Below, one piece after another: positions 8,900-17,096 of a stretch of 24,000 bases of DNA. The translations under genes and the position numbers were made by a program. Position 1 is the first letter of the stretch. Each line of letters opens with the position of its first letter. The notes below the pieces were generated by a model. The model saw only the letters and a list, made by a program, of their open reading frames with translations. It made no database searches and was not told where the DNA came from. Source of the DNA: Oscillospiraceae bacterium (GTDB lineage: Bacteria; Bacillota; Clostridia; UBA1381; UMGS1253); contig SVKA01000003.1 in the NCBI GenBank assembly GCA_015068725.1, forward strand, positions 79,346 to 103,345. The letters run 5' to 3'.

Positions 8900-10001
8900 G
8901 GTTATTAACGTAATAAGCGATACAAACATCGGCGGTGCAGGCAAATGTCTTTTGACCTATGTGGCTCATGCAGACAAAGACAATTTTGACATAAGTGTCG
9001 TTTTGCCAAAAAACAGTCTTTTAAAGCCACACCTTGAAGAGCTTGGTGTAAAGATATTCGAAATTGATGCGATGAGTGATAAATCGCTTGATTATAAGGC
9101 AATATCACAGCTTAAACAAATTTTTAAGCGCGAAAAACCCGATATAGTACATTCCCACGCAAGTATGTCGGCAAGAATTGCCGCAAGGCACACCGGCTGC
9201 AAGGTGATATACACACGCCACAGTGTATTTCCCCCATCGCCTAAAATTTCAAAGGGCATAGGCAAAAAAATCAACGGCGTTGTGAATAATTTTTATGCCG
9301 ATGGCATTATCGCAGTTGCCGAGGCGGCAAAGCAAAACCTTCTTGATACAGGTGTTGATGAGAAAAAAATAGAGGTTATATTAAACGGTGTAGAGCCTCT
9401 TAACATATCAAGCGATGAGCAAAAAAAGCTTTCGCGCGAAAAATTTAATGTAAATGATGACGAAAAGGTTATTGCAATCGTTGCACGTTTAAATCCGGTC
9501 AAAGGACATGAGTATTTTCTCAAAGCCGCAAAAATTGTGTTGGAAAGCGGCATAAAAGCAAAGTTTATAATTGCCGGAACGGGCGATATTATGGGACGTT
9601 TAAAGCAGCTTTCTGACGAGCTTGGTATAAGCGAAAGCGTTGTTTTTGCAGGCTTTGTAGACGATGTAGAAAAGCTTATGAATATATGTGATATACAGAT
9701 TAACGCATCTTACGGCACCGAGGCAACAAGTCTTTCGCTTCTTGAGGGCATGAGCCTTGGTATTCCCGCAGTTGTAAGTGATTTTGGTGGCAATCCTGGC
9801 GTTATAACAAGCGGCGAAAACGGCTTTATAGTGCCACAAAAAAATGCCGAAGCCATTGCAAAAGCTATAATAGAGCTTCTCAGTTCAGACGAGCTTATGA
9901 ATTCACTAAAAGAGCGTTCAAAAGAGATTTTTGAAGAAAAGTTCAAGGCAAATATAATGAGCAAAAATATCGAAGCATTTTATGCAAAGATTTTAGGGTA
10001 A
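8892..10001 (+). CDS. Glycosyltransferase family 4 (GT-B fold, Glycos_transf_1)
   Basis: The ATG at 8892 is preceded by AGGAGG and overlaps the upstream stop by 8 nt, suggesting translational coupling. The N-terminus is MIKVINVISDTNIGGAGK. An E-x7-E motif (EATSLSLLEGMSLGIPAVVSDFGG) is characteristic of retaining GT4 enzymes. The ORF-track start at 8844 lies inside the previous gene and has no SD. Confidence 0.88.
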   Translation: MIKVINVISDTNIGGAGKCLLTYVAHADKDNFDISVVLPKNSLLKPHLEELGVKIFEIDAMSDKSLDYKAISQLKQIFKREKPDIVHSHASMSARIAARHTGCKVIYTRHSVFPPSPKISKGIGKKINGVVNNFYADGIIAVAEAAKQNLLDTGVDEKKIEVILNGVEPLNISSDEQKKLSREKFNVNDDEKVIAIVARLNPVKGHEYFLKAAKIVLESGIKAKFIIAGTGDIMGRLKQLSDELGISESVVFAGFVDDVEKLMNICDIQINASYGTEATSLSLLEGMSLGIPAVVSDFGGNPGVITSGENGFIVPQKNAEAIAKAIIELLSSDELMNSLKERSKEIFEEKFKANIMSKNIEAFYAKILG

Positions 10002-10015
10002 CGGAGGTATAAAAG

Positions 10016-10513
10016 ATGAATAACCAGAAAAAGAAATTTAACTTTTTTGATATATTGGTATATATTTTGATTGCGGCTATATTGGTTGGCGTAGCATATT
10101 TTCTTGTTTCCTCGCCAAAAGAGCAGACAAGCTCAAACACCACATTAGACTTTGTTGTCGAAGTACAAGCAGGCACGCCCGATGTGCTTTCCCTTGTAAA
10201 CGAAGGTGACGCTGTAACTTTGTCGGGAAAAACCGAGGTAACAATAAAAAATGTCGCCTCACAGCCGGCACAAAGGCTGACGCTCGACCAAAACAGCGGC
10301 AAATACAAAAACACACTCGTTCCTGAAAAATTTGATATTTATGTAACTGTAAGCGGAGCCGCTACGCAGACCGACAAGGATATCAGCGTCGGAAACACAC
10401 CTGTAAAGGTTGGTATGACAACATCGCTCGAAGGCAAAGGCTACTCGCTAAACGGCACAGTAATTGATATGACATTATTTGATGAAAACGGGGAGGAAAT
10501 AAAAAATGATTGA
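10016..10513 (+). CDS. DUF4330-like membrane-anchored protein, paralogue 1 (function unknown)
   Basis: SD GGAGG lies 8 nt upstream. An N-terminal K-rich stretch is followed by a TM anchor (FNFFDILVYILIAAILVGVAYFLV) and a beta-rich domain. The protein shares FDIYVTV...G..T......G...KVG with the next ORF. Confidence 0.75.
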   Translation: MNNQKKKFNFFDILVYILIAAILVGVAYFLVSSPKEQTSSNTTLDFVVEVQAGTPDVLSLVNEGDAVTLSGKTEVTIKNVASQPAQRLTLDQNSGKYKNTLVPEKFDIYVTVSGAATQTDKDISVGNTPVKVGMTTSLEGKGYSLNGTVIDMTLFDENGEEIKND

Positions 10514-10994
10514 TAAAAACGGAAAGCTTTTTTCAAAAATCAGCATCATAGATGTTGTAATAGTGCTCGCTATTGTTCTTTGTGTTTCGGCAGCATTTAT
10601 TCGTTTTTCAGGTCTTTTGGGCGACAATTCTACTACCCCGGTCGAATTTGAATATGTAATAAAAATAAGCAAAATAAGAGATAAAAGTGCTGATGCGGTT
10701 TTGAAAAAGGGTGCTTTGTATTCCAATCTGTCTGACGGAGCATATTTTGGCGAGATTATCAGTGCCAAAAAAAGACCTAACGAGGATTTTCCCACGCTTG
10801 CAGATGGCTCAATTATTAAAACCTCTGCCCAGGACCGCTATGATGTATATGCAACCGTAAAAACAAGCGGTAAACAGACAAAAACCGCACTTTATACAAG
10901 TGGCGGAAAGAAAATTGAAGTCGGCTCGCTCGAATACGTTTCAACAAAATGGGTTGCAGCCGCAGCCGAAATAGTCAGCGTAACCATAAAATAA
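10506..10994 (+). CDS. DUF4330 domain protein, paralogue 2 (function unknown)
   Basis: The start ATG overlaps the upstream stop (ATGATTGA, 8-nt overlap) and has SD GGGAGG. The N-terminus [25 protein letters not shown] matches the DUF4330 N-terminal pattern as I recall it. The C-terminal half carries YDVYATV...G..T......G..IEVG. Confidence 0.78.
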   Translation: MIDKNGKLFSKISIIDVVIVLAIVLCVSAAFIRFSGLLGDNSTTPVEFEYVIKISKIRDKSADAVLKKGALYSNLSDGAYFGEIISAKKRPNEDFPTLADGSIIKTSAQDRYDVYATVKTSGKQTKTALYTSGGKKIEVGSLEYVSTKWVAAAAEIVSVTIK

Positions 10995-11029
10995 CTACAA
11001 CGAGTTTTTATTTCACAGGAGATACCTAT

Positions 11030-12829
11030 ATGCAAAAATTTATTCGTAATTTTTCAATCATTGCACATATAGACCATGGCAAGTCAACGCTTGCTGACCG
11101 CCTTTTAGAAAACACAGGCGAGGTTGAAAAGCGTGATATGGAAGAGCAGCTTCTTGATAATATGGAGCTTGAGCGTGAGCGCGGAATTACCATTAAGGCA
11201 AGAGCGGTACGCCTCAAATACAAGTCAAGCGACAACAATGAATATATTTTAAACCTTATTGATACCCCCGGGCACGTTGACTTTAACTATGAAGTATCAC
11301 GCAGTCTTGCCGCGTGCGAGGGTGCTATTTTGGTTGTAGATGCTGCACAGGGAATTGAGGCACAAACACTTGCAAACACATATCTTGCGCTTGAACACGA
11401 CCTTGAAATCGTGCCTGTTATAAACAAAATCGACCTTCCTTCTGCAAGGCCTGATGTTGTCAAGGCAGAAATCGAGGACGTAATCGGAATTGACGCGAGC
11501 GAAGCACCTCTTGTATCAGCGAAAAATAACATCAACATCCCTGATGTACTTGAGGCAATTGTTAAACATATTCCTCCCCCGTCAGGCGATGAATCCGCGC
11601 CCCTTCGCGCGCTAATTTTCGACTCGTATTATGACAGCTATCGCGGAGTCATAATTTATGTTCGTATAAAAGAAGGCAGCGTAAAGCCCGGACAGACAAT
11701 TCATATGATGGCAACTGGCGCAAAATACGAGGTTGTCGATGTTGGATATTTAAAATCTGTCGGTATGCAGAGCGCATCCCAGCTTAGCGCAGGCGAGGTT
11801 GGATATATAGCAGCAAGTATTAAGTCCATGAAGGATGCCCGCGTGGGTGATACGGTTACAACAACCGATAACCCCGCAAAAGAGCCTCTCACAGGCTATC
11901 GCGAGGTTCAGCCGATGGTATTTTGCGGAATTTATCCTGCCGACGGCTCTAAATACAACGATTTAAATGATGCTCTTTTAAAGCTTCAGCTAAACGACGC
12001 TTCGCTCATATTTGAGCCTGAAACATCTGTTGCGCTTGGCTTTGGTTTTCGTTGCGGCTTTTTGGGCCTTTTGCATATGGAAATTATACAAGAGCGCCTT
12101 GAGCGTGAATACAACCTTGACCTTGTAACAACCGCACCAAGCGTTGTATATAAGGTTATAAAAACAAATGGCGATGTGTTAAATATTGACAACCCGACCA
12201 ACCTTCCGCCCGTAAGTGAAATAAATTATATGGAAGAACCTATTGTGTCGGCTGATATTATGGTTCCAAAGGAATATGTCGGAAGCATAATGGAGCTTTG
12301 TCAGGACAGACGCGGCACATATATTGATATGAAATATATCGATGCAGACAGAGTATCGCTTCATTACAGACTGCCTCTTAACGAAATAATATACGACTTT
12401 TTCGATGCGCTAAAATCGCGCACACGCGGTTATGCGTCATTCGATTATGAGCTTACAGGCTATGAAAAATCAGACCTTGTAAAGCTTGATATGATGCTAA
12501 ACGGCGAAATTGTCGATGCACTTTCATTTATAGTTCACCGCGAAAAATCGTATATACGTGGACGCAGAATCGCAGAAAAATTAAAAGAGGCTATTCCGCG
12601 CCAGTTGTTTGAAGTACCAATTCAGGCCGCAATTGGTGGCAAAATAATTGCACGCGAAACTGTCAAGGCAATGCGCAAGGACGTACTTGCAAAGTGTTAC
12701 GGCGGTGATATTACGCGTAAAAAGAAGCTACTTGAAAAACAAAAAGAAGGTAAGAAACGTATGCGTCAGGTTGGCAGCGTAGAAGTGCCACAAGAGGCAT
12801 TTATGTCTGTTTTAAAGCTTGACGAATAA
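11030..12829 (+). CDS. lepA: Translation elongation factor 4 (LepA/EF4)
   Basis: GTPase motifs [14 protein letters not shown] and NKID are present. The protein is about 599 aa and has the LepA-specific C-terminal domain (...[22 protein letters not shown]). The start is set at the ATG at 11030 (SD AGGAG); the ORF-track start at 10949 lies inside the previous gene. Confidence 0.97.
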   Translation: MQKFIRNFSIIAHIDHGKSTLADRLLENTGEVEKRDMEEQLLDNMELERERGITIKARAVRLKYKSSDNNEYILNLIDTPGHVDFNYEVSRSLAACEGAILVVDAAQGIEAQTLANTYLALEHDLEIVPVINKIDLPSARPDVVKAEIEDVIGIDASEAPLVSAKNNINIPDVLEAIVKHIPPPSGDESAPLRALIFDSYYDSYRGVIIYVRIKEGSVKPGQTIHMMATGAKYEVVDVGYLKSVGMQSASQLSAGEVGYIAASIKSMKDARVGDTVTTTDNPAKEPLTGYREVQPMVFCGIYPADGSKYNDLNDALLKLQLNDASLIFEPETSVALGFGFRCGFLGLLHMEIIQERLEREYNLDLVTTAPSVVYKVIKTNGDVLNIDNPTNLPPVSEINYMEEPIVSADIMVPKEYVGSIMELCQDRRGTYIDMKYIDADRVSLHYRLPLNEIIYDFFDALKSRTRGYASFDYELTGYEKSDLVKLDMMLNGEIVDALSFIVHREKSYIRGRRIAEKLKEAIPRQLFEVPIQAAIGGKIIARETVKAMRKDVLAKCYGGDITRKKKLLEKQKEGKKRMRQVGSVEVPQEAFMSVLKLDE

Positions 12830-12845
12830 ATAAGGAGGCGCCGCA

Positions 12846-13964
12846 ATGTCGTGCGGATTATACATTCACATCCCCTTTTGTATAAAAAAATGTGCGTATT
12901 GTGATTTTGTTTCCGCACCTGCTACGGCCGAGCTTCACAAAGCGTATTTTGATACTTTAAAAAAAGAAATTCTTTTATATAAAGATTTGTCGGTTGACAG
13001 TATCTTTATTGGCGGCGGTACGCCGAGCTGTGTTGATGCACGCTATATTTATGATATGTTTGAATGTATAAATAAAAATATGCTGCTTTCAAAAAGTGCC
13101 GAAATCACTATTGAAACAAACCCAGGCACTATTACAAATGAAAAGCTCGGCATCTACAAATCGTGCGGCATAAACCGCATAAGTATAGGCGCGCAATCTA
13201 TGCAGGATAGCGAGCTTTTATCACTTGGCAGAATTCACAGTGCGGCTCAAACAATCGAAGCTATAAATATGATACAAAAGGCAGGCTTTACAAACTATAA
13301 TATTGATTTGATGCTTGCAATTCCAAATCAGACATTAAAATCGCTCGAAGATACGCTTAACAAAGCAGTATCGCTATGCCCTACTCACATAAGTGCATAT
13401 AGTCTTATTGTTGAAGAGGGCACACCGTTTTCTGATATGGCAAATGCAGGAAATTTATTTTTGCCGGACGAGGATACAGAACGCGGGATGTATGAATTTG
13501 CCGTTTCATTTTTAAAAAGCCATGGATATAATCATTACGAGATTTCAAATTTTGCAAAACAAGGCTATGAGTGTAGGCACAATTTAAAATACTGGAGCTG
13601 CGAATCGTATATCGGCATTGGCGCAGCCGCTCATTCGTATTATGATGGCAAAAGATATCAAAATACGTCCAACACAAATGCCTATATAAATATGATTAAC
13701 GAAAACAAAGGCTGCATCATCGACGAGCAGATTTTAAGCTTTGACGATATGGTGAGCGAATACATTATTATGGCGTTGCGTCTTACAGAAGGAATCAGCC
13801 TTAATGATTTTTACAAAAGATTTGGCTTTAAATTTGAAGAAAAATACGAAAATACGATAGAAAAATATACAACTGCAGGTTTTCTTGAGAAAACGCCCAC
13901 TCACATACGCTTTACACCAAAAGGAATTTCGGTAAGCAATTCAATACTTTGTGAGTTTGTATAA
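12846..13964 (+). CDS. hemW: Radical SAM family heme chaperone HemW (HemN-like, coproporphyrinogen III oxidase family)
   Basis: CxxxCxxC (CIKKCAYCDF), GGGTPS, and the HemN_C-like C-terminus. Its position directly after lepA is the conserved Firmicutes arrangement. Confidence 0.9.
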   Translation: MSCGLYIHIPFCIKKCAYCDFVSAPATAELHKAYFDTLKKEILLYKDLSVDSIFIGGGTPSCVDARYIYDMFECINKNMLLSKSAEITIETNPGTITNEKLGIYKSCGINRISIGAQSMQDSELLSLGRIHSAAQTIEAINMIQKAGFTNYNIDLMLAIPNQTLKSLEDTLNKAVSLCPTHISAYSLIVEEGTPFSDMANAGNLFLPDEDTERGMYEFAVSFLKSHGYNHYEISNFAKQGYECRHNLKYWSCESYIGIGAAAHSYYDGKRYQNTSNTNAYINMINENKGCIIDEQILSFDDMVSEYIIMALRLTEGISLNDFYKRFGFKFEEKYENTIEKYTTAGFLEKTPTHIRFTPKGISVSNSILCEFV

Positions 13965-13988
13965 TATTTTCAAAGGAGTACATAATTT

Positions 13989-14807
13989 ATGGACAGCGAG
14001 AAAAAATCAATATTCGGCTATAAAACAGTAGATTTTCATGCCCATGCTTTTGCAGACAAAATCGCCGAAAAAGCCGCTGAAAACTTAGAGGTCTACTATA
14101 AAATGCCGCTTGTGGCAAAAGGACATTTTTCCACTCTTCTAGAAAGAGCAAAAAGCGCAGGCATTGATAAATTGGTAATTCACTCAACCGCCACAAAGCC
14201 CGCACAGGTTGAAAGCGCAAACAACTATGCACTCTCTCTTATAGGCGAAAACCCCGATATGCTTATCGGCTTCGGTACAATTCATCCCGATTATGAAGAT
14301 TACAAAACCGAGCTTGTACGTATAAAGGAGCTTGGTCTTCGTGGTATAAAGCTGCATGCGGATTTTCAGGATTTTAACCTTGACACAAAAAAGATGTTTC
14401 CGATATACGAACAGATTGTAGAGCTTGGTTTGCCCATACTTTTTCATATGGGCGACAGAAAATATAACCGCACAAGCCCCAAGCGCCTTGCAAATGTATT
14501 AAAGTCATTTCCTGAAATGACCGCAATCGGCGCACATCTTGGCGGTGTATTTATGTGGGATGAATCGATTAAGTATCTTGTCGGAAAAAACCTTTATTTT
14601 GACACGTCAAGCACTCTTCATGAGCTTTCGAGCGAAAAATTTATGTATATAGTAAGAAATCACGGCGTAGATAAAATACTCTTTGGAACAGACTATCCCC
14701 TCTCCGATTATGAAATTGAGTCAGAGCGTTTTAAAACACTCGACCTTACCGAAGAGGAAAAAGAAAATATTTTTTATAAAAACGCATATCGTTTACTTAA
14801 ACTATAA
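13989..14807 (+). CDS. Metal-dependent amidohydrolase family protein (TIM-barrel, Amidohydro_2-like)
   Basis: SD AAGGAG. N-terminal HxH (VDFHAHAF), internal H residues (KLHADF, FHMGD, GAHLGG) and a C-terminal FGTDYP aspartate, in the order expected for the amidohydrolase superfamily. The substrate is unknown. Confidence 0.8.
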   Translation: MDSEKKSIFGYKTVDFHAHAFADKIAEKAAENLEVYYKMPLVAKGHFSTLLERAKSAGIDKLVIHSTATKPAQVESANNYALSLIGENPDMLIGFGTIHPDYEDYKTELVRIKELGLRGIKLHADFQDFNLDTKKMFPIYEQIVELGLPILFHMGDRKYNRTSPKRLANVLKSFPEMTAIGAHLGGVFMWDESIKYLVGKNLYFDTSSTLHELSSEKFMYIVRNHGVDKILFGTDYPLSDYEIESERFKTLDLTEEEKENIFYKNAYRLLKL

Positions 14808-14811
14808 TCAG

Positions 14812-14837
14812 CAGGGTGAGATTTCTCACCCTGTTTT
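14812..14837 (+). terminator. Rho-independent terminator ending the murJ-to-amidohydrolase gene run
   Basis: CAGGGTGAGA (14812-14821) pairs with TCTCACCCTG (14824-14833) and is followed by TTTT. The stop codon of the convergent minus-strand gene (14826-14828) lies inside the hairpin. There is no U-run for the minus transcript. Confidence 0.8.
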
Positions 14838-15581
14838 AAATTCAGTCAGGTTCTTCCAGTATTTTTTCGGCATACACGCCATACGGCGACGCTCATCTAT
14901 GCGTCCTTCTATCGCTATTGTATCGTAAAATGTTTTCCATAGTTTTTGATACTGTTTCTCATCTGTTACAGAGTCTGTTATTTTTTTTACATCAAACGGT
15001 CTTATCACCCAATTTTTGCCGTCATAAATTGCTGCAATAAAACGTTTTTGGTCGCATATAACCCAGGGTATGCCATAAAGTCTGTCGGCAAAATATGGAC
15101 ATATAAGCTCCAAAACATTGTTATCAGGCTCAATTTGCGAAAACATTACCCCGTTTTCCATCTGCGAAAAGCGCACAAATTCTCTCATGCGCTGCGCCTC
15201 ATGTGATACTCTGAGCGCCGTTTTCTTTACGTCAGACACCCATTTATTTGACAAAAACAAATCGACTCGCGCTCCCATATTAAAGCCTATTTTAAGGTAG
15301 TTAAATATCATCGTCGCTCTGTTTATGTCATTTGACAGATGCACGCGATAGATGTTAAAAAGAGCATTCGGCGAAATTTTTTTCAGCACTGCTTCACGCA
15401 CTACGCCCGCCTTGTCTATATCAGTTTCTATGGATGTTACCCTACAAAAAAGCTCGCTCTGACATTCGTTTTCACACATAATCTGCTTTGGATTTTCACG
15501 GCTGTAATACGCCGTATGCACCGCACTTAAAATGCCATCAAAGCTGCCGTCATATACATATATAATTTCTGTATTACTCAT
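14826..15581 (-). CDS. DUF4130 / TIGR03915-type putative DNA metabolism protein (partner of the radical SAM protein), no UDG fusion
   Basis: A 251-aa protein starting MSNTEIIYVYDGSFDGILSAVH, 17 nt downstream of the radical SAM gene on the same strand. The N-terminal pattern and the pairing match the family as I recall it. No catalytic motif is recognisable. Confidence 0.75.
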   Translation of the reverse strand: MSNTEIIYVYDGSFDGILSAVHTAYYSRENPKQIMCENECQSELFCRVTSIETDIDKAGVVREAVLKKISPNALFNIYRVHLSNDINRATMIFNYLKIGFNMGARVDLFLSNKWVSDVKKTALRVSHEAQRMREFVRFSQMENGVMFSQIEPDNNVLELICPYFADRLYGIPWVICDQKRFIAAIYDGKNWVIRPFDVKKITDSVTDEKQYQKLWKTFYDTIAIEGRIDERRRMACMPKKYWKNLTEFKTG

Positions 15582-15598
15582 TTCCTACTCACCATCCG

Positions 15599-16912
15599 TC
15601 ATTGCACGCTCACAAAATCATTTATCGCCGCTTTTATGCCGAGCGGCGCTGATGCTGTATCAAACATCGAAAGCTGATATGTGCTTTGCTCTTCGATATA
15701 ACGCTCCTTTGTATCTGCAATAAGGTTTTGCATTATAAAGCTTTCGTTCATTCTAAGCTTATCCATATATTTACCATTACATATAATAAAAAATCTTGCA
15801 CGCTTTAACACAACGCCAATGCGTTTTAGCGCCTCAAAATCAAGGCTTCTGATTTTTCTTGCCGCGCGTATACGCATTGCACTTTTAACCCCTATCCCCG
15901 GCACGCGCAAAAGCATTTCATATGGTGCGGTGTTTACATCTACCGGAAACAAATGAAGGTTATTTATCGCCCAGTTGCATTTCGGGTCTAAAACAGGGTC
16001 AAAATTTTGATTTTTTTCGTTTAAAAGCTCATCTGCCTCAAAGCCATAATATCTTAACAGCCAATCCGCCTGATAGAGTCTGTGCTCGCGAAGAAGCGGA
16101 GGTTTTTCAATAGCAGGCAAAAGTGAGTCTTTGTTTATAGGTACATACGCCGAAAAAAATACTCGTTTTAATGAAAACTTTTTATAAAGGCTGTCCGTCA
16201 GCGACAATATTTGATAATCCGTCTCACCCGATGCACCCACTATCATCTGGGTGCTCTGCCCCGCCTTTGCAAAAGACGTCGCATGCCTGTAACGCACAAG
16301 CTCTTGTCTGTTTTGCGATATCGTGTTGCTGATTTGTGCCATAGGGCGAAAAATCGCTTCCTTATTTTTTTGAGGTGCGAGCTTTTTAAGCGACTCATTT
16401 GACGGAAGCTCGATATTTACACTGAGTCGGTCGGCAAGATGTCCAAGCCGTTCCACCAAAAGCGGCGACGCACCGGGAATTGTTTTTGCGTGGATATAGC
16501 CATTAAACTTGTATTTATTTCTAAGAATTTCTAATGTTGCACACAAAAGCTCCATTGTATAATCGGGATTTTTTACAACGGCAGAGCTGAGAAACAACCC
16601 CTCGATATAATTTCGTTTGTAAAAATTAATCGTCAAATCCGCAAGCTCATCGGGCGTAAAAGCCGTTCTTGGCACATCATTCGAGCGTCTGCTTGCACAG
16701 TATTTACAATCGTAAATGCAGTTATTTGTAAAAAGCACCTTTAAAAGTGATATACACCTTCCGTCAGCAGAAAAGCTATGACAAATTCCGCAGCTGCGCG
16801 CATTACCCAAAGAGCCATCACGCTTGTTTGTGCGCGTTATGCCGCTCGATGTACAAGCTGCGTCATATTTTGCCGCATCACCTAATATTTTTAATTTTTC
16901 TATCAGCTCCAT
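15599..16912 (-). CDS. Putative DNA modification/repair radical SAM protein (TIGR03916-type)
   Basis: Radical SAM cluster motif NNCIYDCKYCASRR preceded by GICHSFSADGRCISLLKVLFTN. A C-terminal helix-hairpin-helix-like segment reads LLRVPGIGVKSAMRIRAAR. The start is set at the ATG at 16912 (SD GAGG 9 nt upstream); the ORF-track start at 16927 is a GTG with no SD. Confidence 0.85.
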   Translation of the reverse strand: MELIEKLKILGDAAKYDAACTSSGITRTNKRDGSLGNARSCGICHSFSADGRCISLLKVLFTNNCIYDCKYCASRRSNDVPRTAFTPDELADLTINFYKRNYIEGLFLSSAVVKNPDYTMELLCATLEILRNKYKFNGYIHAKTIPGASPLLVERLGHLADRLSVNIELPSNESLKKLAPQKNKEAIFRPMAQISNTISQNRQELVRYRHATSFAKAGQSTQMIVGASGETDYQILSLTDSLYKKFSLKRVFFSAYVPINKDSLLPAIEKPPLLREHRLYQADWLLRYYGFEADELLNEKNQNFDPVLDPKCNWAINNLHLFPVDVNTAPYEMLLRVPGIGVKSAMRIRAARKIRSLDFEALKRIGVVLKRARFFIICNGKYMDKLRMNESFIMQNLIADTKERYIEEQSTYQLSMFDTASAPLGIKAAINDFVSVQ

Positions 16913-16952
16913 AATTAATCGCCTCACATAATCGCATATATGTTCGTTTATT

Positions 16953-16981
16953 ATTATATCACATCATTTTTTAAAATGCAA
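16953..16981 (-). promoter_or_regulatory. Strong candidate promoter of the radical SAM / DUF4130 operon
   Basis: On the minus strand: TTGCAT (16981-16976), a 17-nt spacer whose last bases give an extended -10, then TGaTATAAT (TATAAT = 16958-16953). The predicted TSS is near 16946. Confidence 0.6.
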
Positions 16982-17096
16982 ACATTTGTTTGAAAAAAAT
17001 ATTATTTTTTTATTTTTATCACATATCGAAAATAAATGCATATTATATAACAGAGTCTAACTCAACAAAATCATTTTTATCAGGAGGTTATAAATT

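Noticed and set aside
7996-10795. Minus-strand ORFs inside the ligase, GT4 and DUF4330 genes (7996-8415, 8337-8675, 9293-9553, 9710-9964, 9943-10314, 10475-10795)
   Set aside because: All are antisense to a tightly coupled plus-strand gene run, and they lack SDs and motifs. They are shadow ORFs.
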